A stretch of DNA of 64,000 nucleotides from an uncultured bacterium (GTDB taxonomy: Bacteria; Patescibacteriota; Patescibacteriia; Patescibacteriales; UBA12465). Each line of letters begins with the position of its first letter. The stretch's first letter is position 1. The position numbers were made by a program, and so were the translations under genes. Location: positions 89,159 to 153,158 of the forward strand of contig OW818634.1 in NCBI GenBank assembly GCA_942492765.1, read 5' to 3'. This document shows, piece by piece, positions 51,865-61,094 of the stretch. The notes under the pieces are model-generated. The model was given only the letters and a program-made list of their open reading frames with translations. It ran no database searches and was not told the DNA's origin.

Positions 51865-52221
51865 ATGAAGAAAACAGTAGTATCGCTAGTATTATTGCTA
51901 GCGCTCTTTAGTACATTACTAATGATGCCTAGCGTTGCTAAGGCTCAAGCTAGATCAAAAAAAGCTTCTTGCCTAACTCTCATCTATCCTTGCAGCCCGA
52001 CTATCAGTCTCAAGCATGCTGATAATTACAAGGGGCCGATGAATGATTTGGTTAAAAAAAACTTGAAGAAGTTAGTCGGTGTAAAAGGCAAGACTAAGAA
52101 CCATTATCATGCCAAAAGAAATTTTGGCAAATTGAACGGGAAACAAACCGACATGACCAGCCGCGACTATCAACGATCAGAAACCTTCGCCAAGTATGAT
52201 CGAATGAAAAAAAGAAGGTAA
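51865..52221 (+). CDS. Hypothetical small secreted, strongly basic (Lys-rich) protein
   Basis: 118 aa. Signal peptide MKKTVVSLVLLLALFSTLLMMPSVAKA. The mature part is K/R-rich with two Cys residues. Flanked by a strong promoter and a terminator. Confidence 0.5.
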   Translation: MKKTVVSLVLLLALFSTLLMMPSVAKAQARSKKASCLTLIYPCSPTISLKHADNYKGPMNDLVKKNLKKLVGVKGKTKNHYHAKRNFGKLNGKQTDMTSRDYQRSETFAKYDRMKKRR

Positions 52222-52243
52222 CGAAGAAAACCCTCCTCAAATA

Positions 52244-52280
52244 CAAAACCCAGTAATTTCTTACTGGGTTTTTTAAAAAA
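52244..52280. terminator. Bidirectional intrinsic terminator
   Basis: aacccagtaa (52248-52257) pairs with ttactgggtt (52261-52270), followed by T-runs and A-runs. Confidence 0.75.
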
Positions 52281-52285
52281 TTTAA

Positions 52286-53218
52286 TTATAGCTTATTTCG
52301 GAAATATTCAATCGTCTTCTTCAATCCCTCCTCTAGCTTGATTTTTGGCTCCCAATTCAATTCTTTCTTAGCCAAGGAAATTTCTGGTTTCCTTTGTCGC
52401 GGGTCATCCGCCGGCAGATCCTTATAGACTAGCTGGCTCTTGCTTTCCGGAATCAATCTTAGGACTGTTTCCGCTAATTCCTTAATCGTAAATTCCTCAG
52501 GATTGCCGAGATTGACCGGACCGACAAAACCATTTTTGTTATTCATCATGCTTATCAAAGCAGTTATCAGGTCATCGACATATTGGAAGCTGCGAGTCTG
52601 AGAGCCAGCGCCGTAAATCGTGATATCTTCGTTTTTCAGAGCTTGAACGATAAAATTAGAAACGACCCGGCCGTCATTCGGGTGCATGTTTGGCCCGTAA
52701 GTATTGAATATTCGCACTACTCGGATATCGACTTGATACTGGCGATGATAATCGAAAAATAAGGTTTCGGCACAGCGCTTCCCTTCATCGTAACAGGATC
52801 TGATTCCGATTGGATTGACCGAACCCCAATAGCTTTCCGGCTGAGGATGGACTTGAGGATCACCGTAAACTTCGGAAGTTGAAGCCTGTAAGACGATAGC
52901 CTTAGTCTTCCTAGCTAGATCAAGCACATTGATAGCGCCTAAGATAGAAGTCCTGATGGTCTTGACCGGATCAAGCTGATAATGGATAGGCGAAGCCGGA
53001 CAAGCTAAGTTATAAATCTGATCAACCGCTATATCCAGAGGAAGGGCAACGTCTTGGCGCAACAAAACGAACTTAGGATTTTCTAACAGAGGCTTGATAT
53101 TATCTTCACTACCGGTAAAAAAATTATCCAAGGCGATAACCTCGCTTCCTTCTTCCAAAAGCCTCTTGCATAGATGCGAACCGATGAATCCGGCGCCGCC
53201 GGTGACAAGAATCTTCAT
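52286..53218 (-). CDS. UDP-glucuronate decarboxylase (UDP-xylose synthase), SDR family
   Basis: 310 aa. [25 protein letters not shown] (YxxxK catalytic region) and VRIFNTYGP are typical of the UXS subfamily. Confidence 0.88.
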   Translation of the reverse strand: MKILVTGGAGFIGSHLCKRLLEEGSEVIALDNFFTGSEDNIKPLLENPKFVLLRQDVALPLDIAVDQIYNLACPASPIHYQLDPVKTIRTSILGAINVLDLARKTKAIVLQASTSEVYGDPQVHPQPESYWGSVNPIGIRSCYDEGKRCAETLFFDYHRQYQVDIRVVRIFNTYGPNMHPNDGRVVSNFIVQALKNEDITIYGAGSQTRSFQYVDDLITALISMMNNKNGFVGPVNLGNPEEFTIKELAETVLRLIPESKSQLVYKDLPADDPRQRKPEISLAKKELNWEPKIKLEEGLKKTIEYFRNKL

Positions 53219-53229
53219 AATCTTGAGCG

Positions 53230-54093
53230 TTATATCTTATAAACCCCTCTTAATAAATCTAGGTCTTTCTTAGTGTCTAGAAGCAGCTGATTATTAAGCT
53301 TGACGGCTTGATGCAAGAAATCTAGGGCGATCCGGTCTTCCTTGCTTTTCAGCTTCGCTTCCTTGAACATCTCGACGAAGGCCGACATATCTTTGATGAA
53401 GCAATGTCCGCCCGCGCCCCGGCCCTTCTTAGTGTGCGGGCCGCTCTGATGGGCGATCGCTAGATGGCTATGCCCGATACGAGCGTCATAGCCGACAATA
53501 TCGGCGACGACGTCATAATCGACTTTCTGGCGCTTGGCCAGATTATAAACGATATTGGAAAAAATGACTTTCAGGAAAAGAAAATTATTACCCATGTATT
53601 TGACCAATTCCGCTTCCCGGCTGCCAACTAAAAAATTATGGGGCGCCTTAGGCAATAGCTTTAAAGCCTCGGCGGCTTTTTTTTTAGATTTAGCCGTATA
53701 GCCGATGATATTACGCGGCGGGAATTTAGTGTCCTGGACAGCATTCTTCTCTGTCAAGAATTCTGGAGAATGCAGGATATATTTTTTTGGATATTTTTTC
53801 TGCAAGCTTTCGGTCGTGCCGATCTTGATCGTTGATTTTATAATCGCGGTCTGGCCGTCGCCGACCAGCTTTATGACCTCGCGCAAGATGCTATCGTCGA
53901 AACCATGCGGCGTGCTCGGCGTCGGTACAGCAATGAATACGAAATCGCAAGTTTTGATCAAGTCTTTGTTGGCGGCGTAATTCTCATTATCATAGCGGAC
54001 TATCTTGTGTCCGCGGGCGGCAAAATCATCAGCCATATTCTTACCAATAAAACCCTGGCCGATGAAACCGACTAATGCTTTTTTCTGGCTCAT
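53230..54093 (-). CDS. UDP-glucose/GDP-mannose-dehydrogenase-like protein, short form without the C-terminal UDP-binding domain
   Basis: 287 aa. N-terminal Rossmann [13 protein letters not shown]. Catalytic-Cys-type motif [10 protein letters not shown] lies ~60 residues from the C-terminus. Confidence 0.6.
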   Translation of the reverse strand: MSQKKALVGFIGQGFIGKNMADDFAARGHKIVRYDNENYAANKDLIKTCDFVFIAVPTPSTPHGFDDSILREVIKLVGDGQTAIIKSTIKIGTTESLQKKYPKKYILHSPEFLTEKNAVQDTKFPPRNIIGYTAKSKKKAAEALKLLPKAPHNFLVGSREAELVKYMGNNFLFLKVIFSNIVYNLAKRQKVDYDVVADIVGYDARIGHSHLAIAHQSGPHTKKGRGAGGHCFIKDMSAFVEMFKEAKLKSKEDRIALDFLHQAVKLNNQLLLDTKKDLDLLRGVYKI

Positions 54094-54147
54094 CTTTGTA
54101 TTAAAAATAATTTATAAACTAACCTCATTAAACCATAATTCTTATAT

Positions 54148-55752
54148 TTATTCAATATATTTCTCGATGATCGCTTCGGCGACCGCCAGGCCGTCGATAG
54201 CCGAAGAGACTATGCCCCCAGCATGCCCGGCGCCTTCTCCGGCCGGATAGATTCCGGAAATATTAGCTTCGCTCTTTTCATCGCGCTCTATGCGGACGGG
54301 CGCTGAGCTCCTAGTCTCGACTCCAGTCAGGACGGCGTCAGGATGAGCAAACCCCCTAATCTTCCTATCTAGAAGCGGAATAGCTTCTCTCAGGCTATTT
54401 ATGACATAATCAGGCAAGCAATTATCAAGGGATGCGAATCTGGTTCCAGGCCGATAACTCGGCCCGACGCTCCCTATCTCGCTAGAAACACGACCTCTTA
54501 AGAAATCACCGACCAGCTGGACGGGCGCGCAATAATTACTGCCACCAGCTGAATAAGCTGCTCTTTCCCAGCGCCGCTGGAATTCTATGCCGGCTAATGG
54601 ATGGTCGGAACCGAAATCTGCAGGCGTCACCGGAACCAATAAGGCGCTATTAGAATTAAGACCGTCTTGAGCATACTCGCTCATGCCGTTAGTCACGACG
54701 CCGCCTTCTTCAGAAGCTGCCCCCATGACATACCCGCCCGGACACATGCAAAAGCTATAAACCGGCCGCTTATCGGGCAAATGCTGAACCAACTTATACC
54801 TAGCCGCGCCTAGTTTCGGATGCTTATAAGACGCGCCATATTGAGCCTTGTTTATCATCTCGGCCTGATGCTCGATTCGCAGTCCGACAGAGAAAGCTTT
54901 AGCGCTCATTTTCAATCCTTGATCATAGAGCATCTTATAAGTGTCGCGCGCGGAATGCCCAGTGGCCAGAATCAGAGCATCAACTAGTATTTTTTCCTTA
55001 TCATCAAGAATGGCGGCTTCAATCTGATTATTTCTAATCTCTAGCCCGGTCAAGCAAGTCTCGAATCTTACTTGCCCGCCCAGCCTGATTATCTCGGCGC
55101 GGATATTCTTGATCACGCCGCGCAGCTTATCAGTGCCGATATGCGGCGTCGCGCTAGTCGCGATCTCTTGGGGCGCTCCAGCCTTGATCAACTCCATAAA
55201 GACATATTTGGAACGAGGGTCGTTTATGAGCGTATATAGTTTCCCGTCCGAAAAAGTTCCTGCTCCGCCTTCGCCGAACTGAATATTTGATTTGGGATTA
55301 AAATTATTATTCTTGAAGAAATCTTCGACATCCTTGACTCGAGAATCAACATCTTTACCCCTCTCTATGACCAAGGGCTTCAAGCCGGCCTTAGCCAATA
55401 ATAAAGCGGCAAACAGGCCGCAGGGCCCGCTGCCGACGATCATGATCTTCTGATCCGCTCCTTTATTGGCGAGCTTCTCTTGGTAGATGAAGGGTTCGTG
55501 AATCCTAGTGCGATGACGGATATCCCATTTCTTGATCGCGCCTATATCCCGGACTGTGATATCTAGAGAATAGACGAAAAGGATATTCTTCTGGCGAGAA
55601 TCGATATTCTTCTTAACGATCGCATAATTGATTATATCTTTTTCAGGGATATCTAGAATCTGAGAGATCCTTGATTTCAGGATGCCCTCATCTTCATCTA
55701 TCCCTAAGGCCACTTCTTCTATTCGGATGAGCTTATTTTTGTCGGAGTTCAT
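54148..55752 (-). CDS. FAD-dependent oxidoreductase (COG2509-type uncharacterised dehydrogenase)
   Basis: 534 aa. The dinucleotide fold IMIVGSGPCGLFAALLLAKAG follows an N-terminal ~90-aa domain. C-terminal IYPAGEGAGHAGGIVSSAIDG. Confidence 0.8.
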   Translation of the reverse strand: MNSDKNKLIRIEEVALGIDEDEGILKSRISQILDIPEKDIINYAIVKKNIDSRQKNILFVYSLDITVRDIGAIKKWDIRHRTRIHEPFIYQEKLANKGADQKIMIVGSGPCGLFAALLLAKAGLKPLVIERGKDVDSRVKDVEDFFKNNNFNPKSNIQFGEGGAGTFSDGKLYTLINDPRSKYVFMELIKAGAPQEIATSATPHIGTDKLRGVIKNIRAEIIRLGGQVRFETCLTGLEIRNNQIEAAILDDKEKILVDALILATGHSARDTYKMLYDQGLKMSAKAFSVGLRIEHQAEMINKAQYGASYKHPKLGAARYKLVQHLPDKRPVYSFCMCPGGYVMGAASEEGGVVTNGMSEYAQDGLNSNSALLVPVTPADFGSDHPLAGIEFQRRWERAAYSAGGSNYCAPVQLVGDFLRGRVSSEIGSVGPSYRPGTRFASLDNCLPDYVINSLREAIPLLDRKIRGFAHPDAVLTGVETRSSAPVRIERDEKSEANISGIYPAGEGAGHAGGIVSSAIDGLAVAEAIIEKYIE

Positions 55753-56506
55753 AAAGCAAGATAGCGGCAGCCGTCGCTACATTTAAAGATTCTATTTTCT
55801 CGGATATCTCGATCCTAAGCTTGGCTTTGGCTGATTTCATTATTTCCGGAGCGATGCCATGGCTTTCGCTGCCTAGAACCAGACAGAAAGCCGCGGCTGG
55901 CTTGAATCCGTCTAAGCCAACGCCTTCATGAGAACTAGTGGCATAAACAGGCAATTTATTGCTCCTGAGCCAATCCCCGGACTTATCCTCGACAATATTC
56001 AATTTAAAAATCGCGTCCTTGGCGGCCGAGATGGCTTTGGCATTATAGATATCAACGCAAGTCTCATCCAGAACTAAATTAATGAAGCCGAAAGCTAGAG
56101 CGCTGCGCATGATCGTTCCTAAATTTCCCGGATCACTGACGCCATTCAGGTAGATGACAGATGATTCATCCAATTCCCTCTCCTTGATCTTATAAATAGC
56201 GGTGATGCCGGACGGAGTATCCAGGCTGGAGTATTGCTTATTAAGCTTCGGACTGATCATGAAAAAGTCTGTCGACTGGGAATCGCTCCGGAGATATTCT
56301 AGCTGATCTTGGTGCTTAGCAGCGAATTCTTCAGTCACGAATAAAACCTCGAAGTCATAGCCGGCCTTCAAGGCATCGCTGATGATCGCCAGATTCTCAA
56401 CCGCGAAGCATCCGAATTCCTGGCGATATTTTTTTATATTCAGCTTTTCCAATAATTTTATCTGATTATTTTCAGAGCTGCTAATCGGCTGATAATTTTC
56501 CATCAT
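55733..56506 (-). CDS. TrmH/SpoU-family RNA 2'-O-methyltransferase
   Basis: 257 aa. SPOUT motifs VSDPGNLGTIMRSALAFG, LVLGSESHGI and ESLNVATAAAILLYE. Confidence 0.85.
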   Translation of the reverse strand: MMENYQPISSSENNQIKLLEKLNIKKYRQEFGCFAVENLAIISDALKAGYDFEVLFVTEEFAAKHQDQLEYLRSDSQSTDFFMISPKLNKQYSSLDTPSGITAIYKIKERELDESSVIYLNGVSDPGNLGTIMRSALAFGFINLVLDETCVDIYNAKAISAAKDAIFKLNIVEDKSGDWLRSNKLPVYATSSHEGVGLDGFKPAAAFCLVLGSESHGIAPEIMKSAKAKLRIEISEKIESLNVATAAAILLYELRQK

Positions 56507-56763
56507 ATCTTTTTACTTAATCTTATTATGGCTAATTTCTCAAGGCGGGACAATTTCTTAAGCCGCGCCTCTTCTTTAGAAGCCGCTGGACGGCCATTGA
56601 ATTCTTTAGAATATACTAGCTTAACCGGCCGGCGGCCGCAAGTATACTTCGCCCCTCGGCTAGTTGAATTATGCTCGTTCACTCGGCGGTTGAGATCGGT
56701 AGTTATTCCGGTATAAAGAGTTTGGTCGGCGCATCTGAGGATATAGAGAAAATATTTGCTCAT
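56503..56763 (-). CDS. GIY-YIG nuclease-family protein (UPF0213/YhbQ-like)
   Basis: 86 aa. FLYILRCADQTLYTGITTDLNRRVNEHN. Confidence 0.85.
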   Translation of the reverse strand: MSKYFLYILRCADQTLYTGITTDLNRRVNEHNSTSRGAKYTCGRRPVKLVYSKEFNGRPAASKEEARLKKLSRLEKLAIIRLSKKI

Positions 56764-56769
56764 AGGCTT

Positions 56770-56778
56770 ATTATACCA
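56770..56778 (-). promoter_or_regulatory. Extended -10 element (TGGTATAAT) positioned for a leaderless transcript of the GIY-YIG operon
   Basis: The minus strand reads TGGTATAAT (56778-56770). Six nt separate it from the A of the ATG at 56763. Confidence 0.35.
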
Positions 56779-56800
56779 TCTTTATTGAGATAAAGCCTAA

Positions 56801-56831
56801 GAAAAAAGACAGGGGTTTATTCCTGTCTTTA
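56801..56831. terminator. Intrinsic terminator after the 56851-57228 gene
   Basis: agacagg (56807-56813) pairs with cctgtct (56822-56828), flanked by A6 and T3. Confidence 0.6.
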
Positions 56832-56850
56832 GATAACGAGAGTTATCCTT

Positions 56851-57228
56851 TTAATTTTTTCCGTAGAAGTCACGGATGAGCCCGCGCGTCATCCTCTTCA
56901 GCTTGTTGCGAGGCATGGTTTTTAGATTATCGTGAGAATAATCATTACGAGGACTTCCGGCCGGCTGAACAGATTTGCCTGGACGGCGACTCTTCTTGAT
57001 TTCTTTATCCAGATACTTAGCGGCTTCATACTCTGAGCTGACATGAGATAATTCATCTTCGTCAAAGAACCAGCCTTCATCAAAAAAATCGCTGAAAGGT
57101 TTCTCTCTCTTGGCCGCTCCGGGAACATATTCGCGGTTAAGAATTATCTTATTATTGCTAGGAACGACTGATGCCGATCCTATCCGTCCGGAAGTATTTC
57201 CGGTTTTTACGATTTGAAATTCAACCAT
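56851..57228 (-). CDS. Hypothetical soluble, charged protein
   Basis: 125-aa ORF with its own promoter (57287-57315) and terminator. No family recognised. Confidence 0.4.
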   Translation of the reverse strand: MVEFQIVKTGNTSGRIGSASVVPSNNKIILNREYVPGAAKREKPFSDFFDEGWFFDEDELSHVSSEYEAAKYLDKEIKKSRRPGKSVQPAGSPRNDYSHDNLKTMPRNKLKRMTRGLIRDFYGKN

Positions 57229-57286
57229 AATCTGAGTATTAGGGATGTTTTTATGTTGTTTTAAAGGTTCGATTTACTGAAACAAT

Positions 57287-57315
57287 ACTATATCATTATT
57301 TTAATATTTTGTCAA
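57287..57315 (-). promoter_or_regulatory. Sigma70-type promoter for the 56851-57228 gene
   Basis: The minus strand reads TTGACA (57315-57310), a 17-nt spacer, then TATAGT (57292-57287). Confidence 0.5.
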
Positions 57316-57325
57316 TATTAACTTT

Positions 57326-57907
57326 CTATACCAAAACTCTTGATATTTTTTTCCTTATAATAGCTAAAATTAAAGACGAATTAACAAAAATCAGATAAAT
57401 CGGAAAAGCTAGCTCTGTAAACCCCCATATTTTGATCGCTCCGAAGCTAGTGAAAGCGCTAAATAAGCCGGTTGAATAGGCGACTGGACTTTCTGTTTCC
57501 GGATATTTCCAAGATTTTATAAAAGTCGGGATAGCCGCGAATAGGTCGCTCAGGATCGCGAAGATTATCGCTACCCAGGGCTGGTTAGTTATTCCCCACA
57601 GGACCAGAGCTAACAGTGAAAACACCCCGCACAGATAGTCAAACGATTCTAATTTCCAATACGATTTCTTAACGAATAAGGAAAGGATAAATATTATTAG
57701 CGGGCCGAAGCCGGACATGAAGACCGGAATGACGGATAGGCTGGCGCCGCTCGCTAAGCCGGCGGCCGTAGCAATGATAGGGGCGACAGACCACATCAGC
57801 CAAGAAACCTTATTAGGCTTCACTTTTCCCCTGACTATCTCTCGGCCATAATAAAAGATCCCGATGAACTGCGCCAGCATTCCGATAAAGACGAGATATT
57901 TTAGCAT
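57326..57907 (-). CDS. Hypothetical polytopic membrane protein (~6 TM)
   Basis: 193 aa, hydrophobic throughout. No family recognised. Confidence 0.45.
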   Translation of the reverse strand: MLKYLVFIGMLAQFIGIFYYGREIVRGKVKPNKVSWLMWSVAPIIATAAGLASGASLSVIPVFMSGFGPLIIFILSLFVKKSYWKLESFDYLCGVFSLLALVLWGITNQPWVAIIFAILSDLFAAIPTFIKSWKYPETESPVAYSTGLFSAFTSFGAIKIWGFTELAFPIYLIFVNSSLILAIIRKKISRVLV

Positions 57908-57985
57908 AATATTTTTATTATACCCTAAAATTGCTTTCTGCCAAGTATTTCCCTATAATTTATACAGTAATTTAAAAATTTGACC

Positions 57986-58807
57986 ATGAAAAAGTTCATT
58001 GATTTCTGGCTCTACTGCTTCGCCTACCTGATCCTATTGATTCTTTCCCCGGTTATCGCCACTATCGTCTTCTTGATATTCATGACTCCGAGACGCTTAG
58101 ACAGCCTGGCAATCTATCTTTTAAGGATCATCATCTATTTTATCGCTTATATGATCTTTAGGGTCGGCAATAAGATAGAGATTATCGGACGCGAGAATGT
58201 GCCGCGAGGAGGAAGGATATTGTTTCTCTCTAATCATCAGACGCTGATCGATTCTTTCTTGATCGCCCTAGGGACTATGCGAATCAGAGATGCCTTTTTT
58301 CATCAAGAACGCCTCGCTTATAACGTGCCTGAAACTAATAATTTCTATTTTAACGGCTTCTTGCGGATACTTTTCAAGGCCCTCAAGACCGTTCCGGTCT
58401 CTCGAGGCAGCAGTAATCGCAAAAAGATAGAGAATCAAGTCAGCCAATTCAGCCGCTTATTGCGGAATGACAATCTCGTCATGTTCTTCGAAGGCACGAG
58501 AACGAGAGATGGAAGCATCGGCGAATGCCGCGTCGGTCCGGCTCTGACTATCATCAAGGCTAAGCCTGATTACGTCATCCCTATCCTTCTAGAAGGGATT
58601 CAACCGATCATGCCGATCAAGTATGGATCAAGGATAAACTTGCATATCAGCTTGGGCGGATATCGCGGTCGAATAATCATCGGTAAGCCTATAGATGTCA
58701 GCGAATTCTCAATATTGGAATATGAATGGGAAGACGCGATTAACCAGAGCTTTAAGCTCCGAAGAATAATCAAGCAGGCAGTAGAAAACTTAAAACCCTC
58801 TGAATAG
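57986..58807 (+). CDS. plsC: 1-acyl-sn-glycerol-3-phosphate acyltransferase family protein
   Basis: The track start at 57980 is a TTG, so the ATG at 57986 is preferred. Acyltransferase motifs NHQTLIDS (NHxxxxD) and FFEGTRTRDG. Confidence 0.85.
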   Translation: MKKFIDFWLYCFAYLILLILSPVIATIVFLIFMTPRRLDSLAIYLLRIIIYFIAYMIFRVGNKIEIIGRENVPRGGRILFLSNHQTLIDSFLIALGTMRIRDAFFHQERLAYNVPETNNFYFNGFLRILFKALKTVPVSRGSSNRKKIENQVSQFSRLLRNDNLVMFFEGTRTRDGSIGECRVGPALTIIKAKPDYVIPILLEGIQPIMPIKYGSRINLHISLGGYRGRIIIGKPIDVSEFSILEYEWEDAINQSFKLRRIIKQAVENLKPSE

Positions 58808-58820
58808 ACAGAGGGTTTTT
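58796..58820 (+). terminator. Intrinsic terminator of plsC, overlapping its stop codon
   Basis: ccctctg (58796-58802) pairs with cagaggg (58809-58815), followed by T5. Confidence 0.6.
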
Positions 58821-58849
58821 AATTTAGCTGTGATTTTATTGAGTCCTGA

Positions 58850-59737
58850 TTATAGCGCCGCCGGGCATTTGCCGTTATAGAAATCGATAGTCGGACATTT
58901 CGTACCATCCTTAAAAGTGCAGATCGAGTCCGGCACAGCATAAGTATTGCCGCCGCGCCAAGCGCAATATTTCTGATCAATAGTATCGAACCCAGCCGTC
59001 TTCCTGCCGCCTAGAGGGCAATCGCCGCGCATCAGGGCCCATTCCTCGCAAGCTCTATTATCTTCAAAATAGCATAAGCCGTATTGACTGCCATCGCCGC
59101 GGGTCTGAATCTCAATCTTGCCTCCCTGCTTCAAGCAATTAGTCGAGGCTGGATTAGCCATCTGTACTGGCGCTGGCGCTGCGATTTCGGCCAGCTGACT
59201 ATTCAAAACTTGGAAATATTTGGAAACGCCGATGGACGGAGAGGCTGTCATCGGTTCATCAGCTCTCCTGTCAGCGTAATTGACGATGACCTTACCGTCT
59301 TTTATCTCAGTCGTCTGCGGAGCGATCCTGTCGCCCAGGAGCAAAGCGTTCAGGCCCTGATAACCGCTATCACCCGCTAAAGCGACAGCGATATAATAGA
59401 AAGTGCCGCTGCCGCCAGTCTCGTGAGTGAGCAAGAAAGCCTTATCATCCTTGCCGTCTCCATTTAAGTCCCCCATCGCGTCGTTGCCGAAATAACGAGT
59501 AACTAATTTTGAAGCCGAATCAGGAGTTATTTCTGTTTCAGCAAGGCCGTTCTTCAAGGTAATCGGCTGGCCGTCGATCATATAAGTAGCATCCTTGGAA
59601 TCTAAGCGGCCGCCACTCTGCATGTAGATATCCTTATTCGAGAAGTTGAATTTATACATCCCTGCCAGCGCTACCAGAATAATAATAGCGAGCGCAGCCA
59701 GAATCAGGCCAATGACAATTTTTGAGACTTTTTTCAT
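58850..59737 (-). CDS. Membrane-anchored protein with a C-terminal DUF333 (putative hemolysin-like, Cys-rich) domain
   Basis: 295 aa. N-terminal TM helix. FG-GAP/VCBS-like GDLNGDGKDDKAFLL. C-terminal NPASTNCLKQGGKIEIQTRGDGSQYGLCYFEDNRACEEWALMRGDC. Confidence 0.6.
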   Translation of the reverse strand: MKKVSKIVIGLILAALAIIILVALAGMYKFNFSNKDIYMQSGGRLDSKDATYMIDGQPITLKNGLAETEITPDSASKLVTRYFGNDAMGDLNGDGKDDKAFLLTHETGGSGTFYYIAVALAGDSGYQGLNALLLGDRIAPQTTEIKDGKVIVNYADRRADEPMTASPSIGVSKYFQVLNSQLAEIAAPAPVQMANPASTNCLKQGGKIEIQTRGDGSQYGLCYFEDNRACEEWALMRGDCPLGGRKTAGFDTIDQKYCAWRGGNTYAVPDSICTFKDGTKCPTIDFYNGKCPAAL

Positions 59738-59748
59738 ATGTTTGCTAA

Positions 59749-59940
59749 TTAAAAGCCAATATTATTACCCTTGAGAGTCAGATCGAATACCGTCAAGAAA
59801 AAGATGACGGCCACTATGATCCCAGCGATGAATCCGGACAAGGATGAAGCCAATATCTTGCCTAATTTCCATTCGAAAGACTTTCTATCATGCGAGACGA
59901 AATCATCAAGCGGTTTTTCCATAGATAGTTGAATATCCAT
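59749..59940 (-). CDS. Hypothetical small single-TM protein
   Basis: 63-aa ORF located 11 nt upstream of the 58850-59737 gene. TM helix LSGFIAGIIVAVIFFLTVF. Confidence 0.35.
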   Translation of the reverse strand: MDIQLSMEKPLDDFVSHDRKSFEWKLGKILASSLSGFIAGIIVAVIFFLTVFDLTLKGNNIGF

Positions 59941-60056
59941 GCTTCATTAAATATGAAAAATGGAGATTATTTTAGTGAATTAGCTCTTTTTATATTTTAC
60001 CATACCCTGGCGATACGCCCAAATTTTCCTTTCTTCAGCCGGCAGGTCTAGAAGCT

Positions 60057-60980
60057 TTACGGCTGAAGTATATCCGCACTGCGTCCATCAATGGAAATCT
60101 CCACTTTTTCTATGCTAGAGAATTGCTTTAAGGTTTCAGTAATCTGAGCCCTGATAGCGGCCACGCGGCAAGAGCCGCCGACTTGCGCTTGCAGCTGTTC
60201 ATTAAAATCGACTAAAGCGACTCCATTCTCTATCGTTAGGCTATTAATCTTAACTCCGGGGTTGATGCTGGTGCTAAAACCAGTTGCTTTTTCGACTGGA
60301 GTAAGCCCGCCTAATAATTCTTCTAAGGCGGCCCGAGCTATGGCCGGTGTTCTGGCCACCTCCCTGTCTACCGGGAAAACCTGATTGCAAGTAACTTCCG
60401 GATCCAGCTTATCGTTATTAAAAAAGATTTTAATATTTGTCTTTTCTGAAGTGGTAAAAAAAGTTATCGGCAAGCTTAGCTGATCAGAATACTCAGACAG
60501 TCCAGAGGGATTATCTTTCTCGAAAACTAGGACGCCGGCCGCATTCGTCGCTGCTTCGAATTTCAATTCAGCCTTAAAAGGCACGAAATCTGTCGTCATC
60601 CAATCCTTCTGCGCTTGAGCGACGGCTATGCCTATCAGCCGGCCGTTTCCGTCATAAAGCTTAATCGGAAAACTGGCTTCAAAGAACCAATTGCCTCGCG
60701 CTTCTCCTTCAATAACTAAGGGGCTCTGGATAGCTTGGCCGGAAACAAGGTTATTTATTCTTATCAGATTAGATTTATCGCCGCTATCATTACCAAGTTT
60801 CACTTCGGAGGAGTCGCCAATATTCGCCTCTTCCGGGATCGTTAGAAATTTTTTTTCAGGCTCAGACAAATATCTGTCCAGAAATAGTCCCGCCACTAGA
60901 GCCAAGACGACTAAAGCGGCAAGAGATAAATATACTCGCTTCTTTTTACGATCCATATTAAAAATATTAAAAGGTTTCAT
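60057..60980 (-). CDS. Gmad2 Ig-like plus GerMN domain-containing anchored protein
   Basis: 307 aa. TM anchor. SPLVIEGEARGNWFFEASFPIKLYDGNGRLIG (Gmad2-like) and ARAALEELLGG ... VALVDFNEQ (GerMN-like). Confidence 0.7.
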   Translation of the reverse strand: MKPFNIFNMDRKKKRVYLSLAALVVLALVAGLFLDRYLSEPEKKFLTIPEEANIGDSSEVKLGNDSGDKSNLIRINNLVSGQAIQSPLVIEGEARGNWFFEASFPIKLYDGNGRLIGIAVAQAQKDWMTTDFVPFKAELKFEAATNAAGVLVFEKDNPSGLSEYSDQLSLPITFFTTSEKTNIKIFFNNDKLDPEVTCNQVFPVDREVARTPAIARAALEELLGGLTPVEKATGFSTSINPGVKINSLTIENGVALVDFNEQLQAQVGGSCRVAAIRAQITETLKQFSSIEKVEISIDGRSADILQP

Positions 60981-61041
60981 TATTTCAAATTATATCCCAT
61001 ATCAATAATAATTAAAACAGCTCAAAACAGTTTCAAGCAAA

Positions 61042-61073
61042 TAAAAAAGAGCGATTTTTAAGTCGCTCTTTTA
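61042..61073. terminator. Intrinsic terminator after purA
   Basis: agagcga (61048-61054) pairs with tcgctct (61063-61069), flanked by A6 and T4. Confidence 0.65.
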
Positions 61074-61094
61074 CAGATTGTTCTATAGATTATT

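Noticed and set aside
57255-57275. aggttcgattt resembling a tRNA T-loop
   Set aside because: No acceptor, D-stem or anticodon stem can be built around it. It sits in the 5' UTR of the 56851-57228 gene. I recognised no tRNA anywhere in the window.
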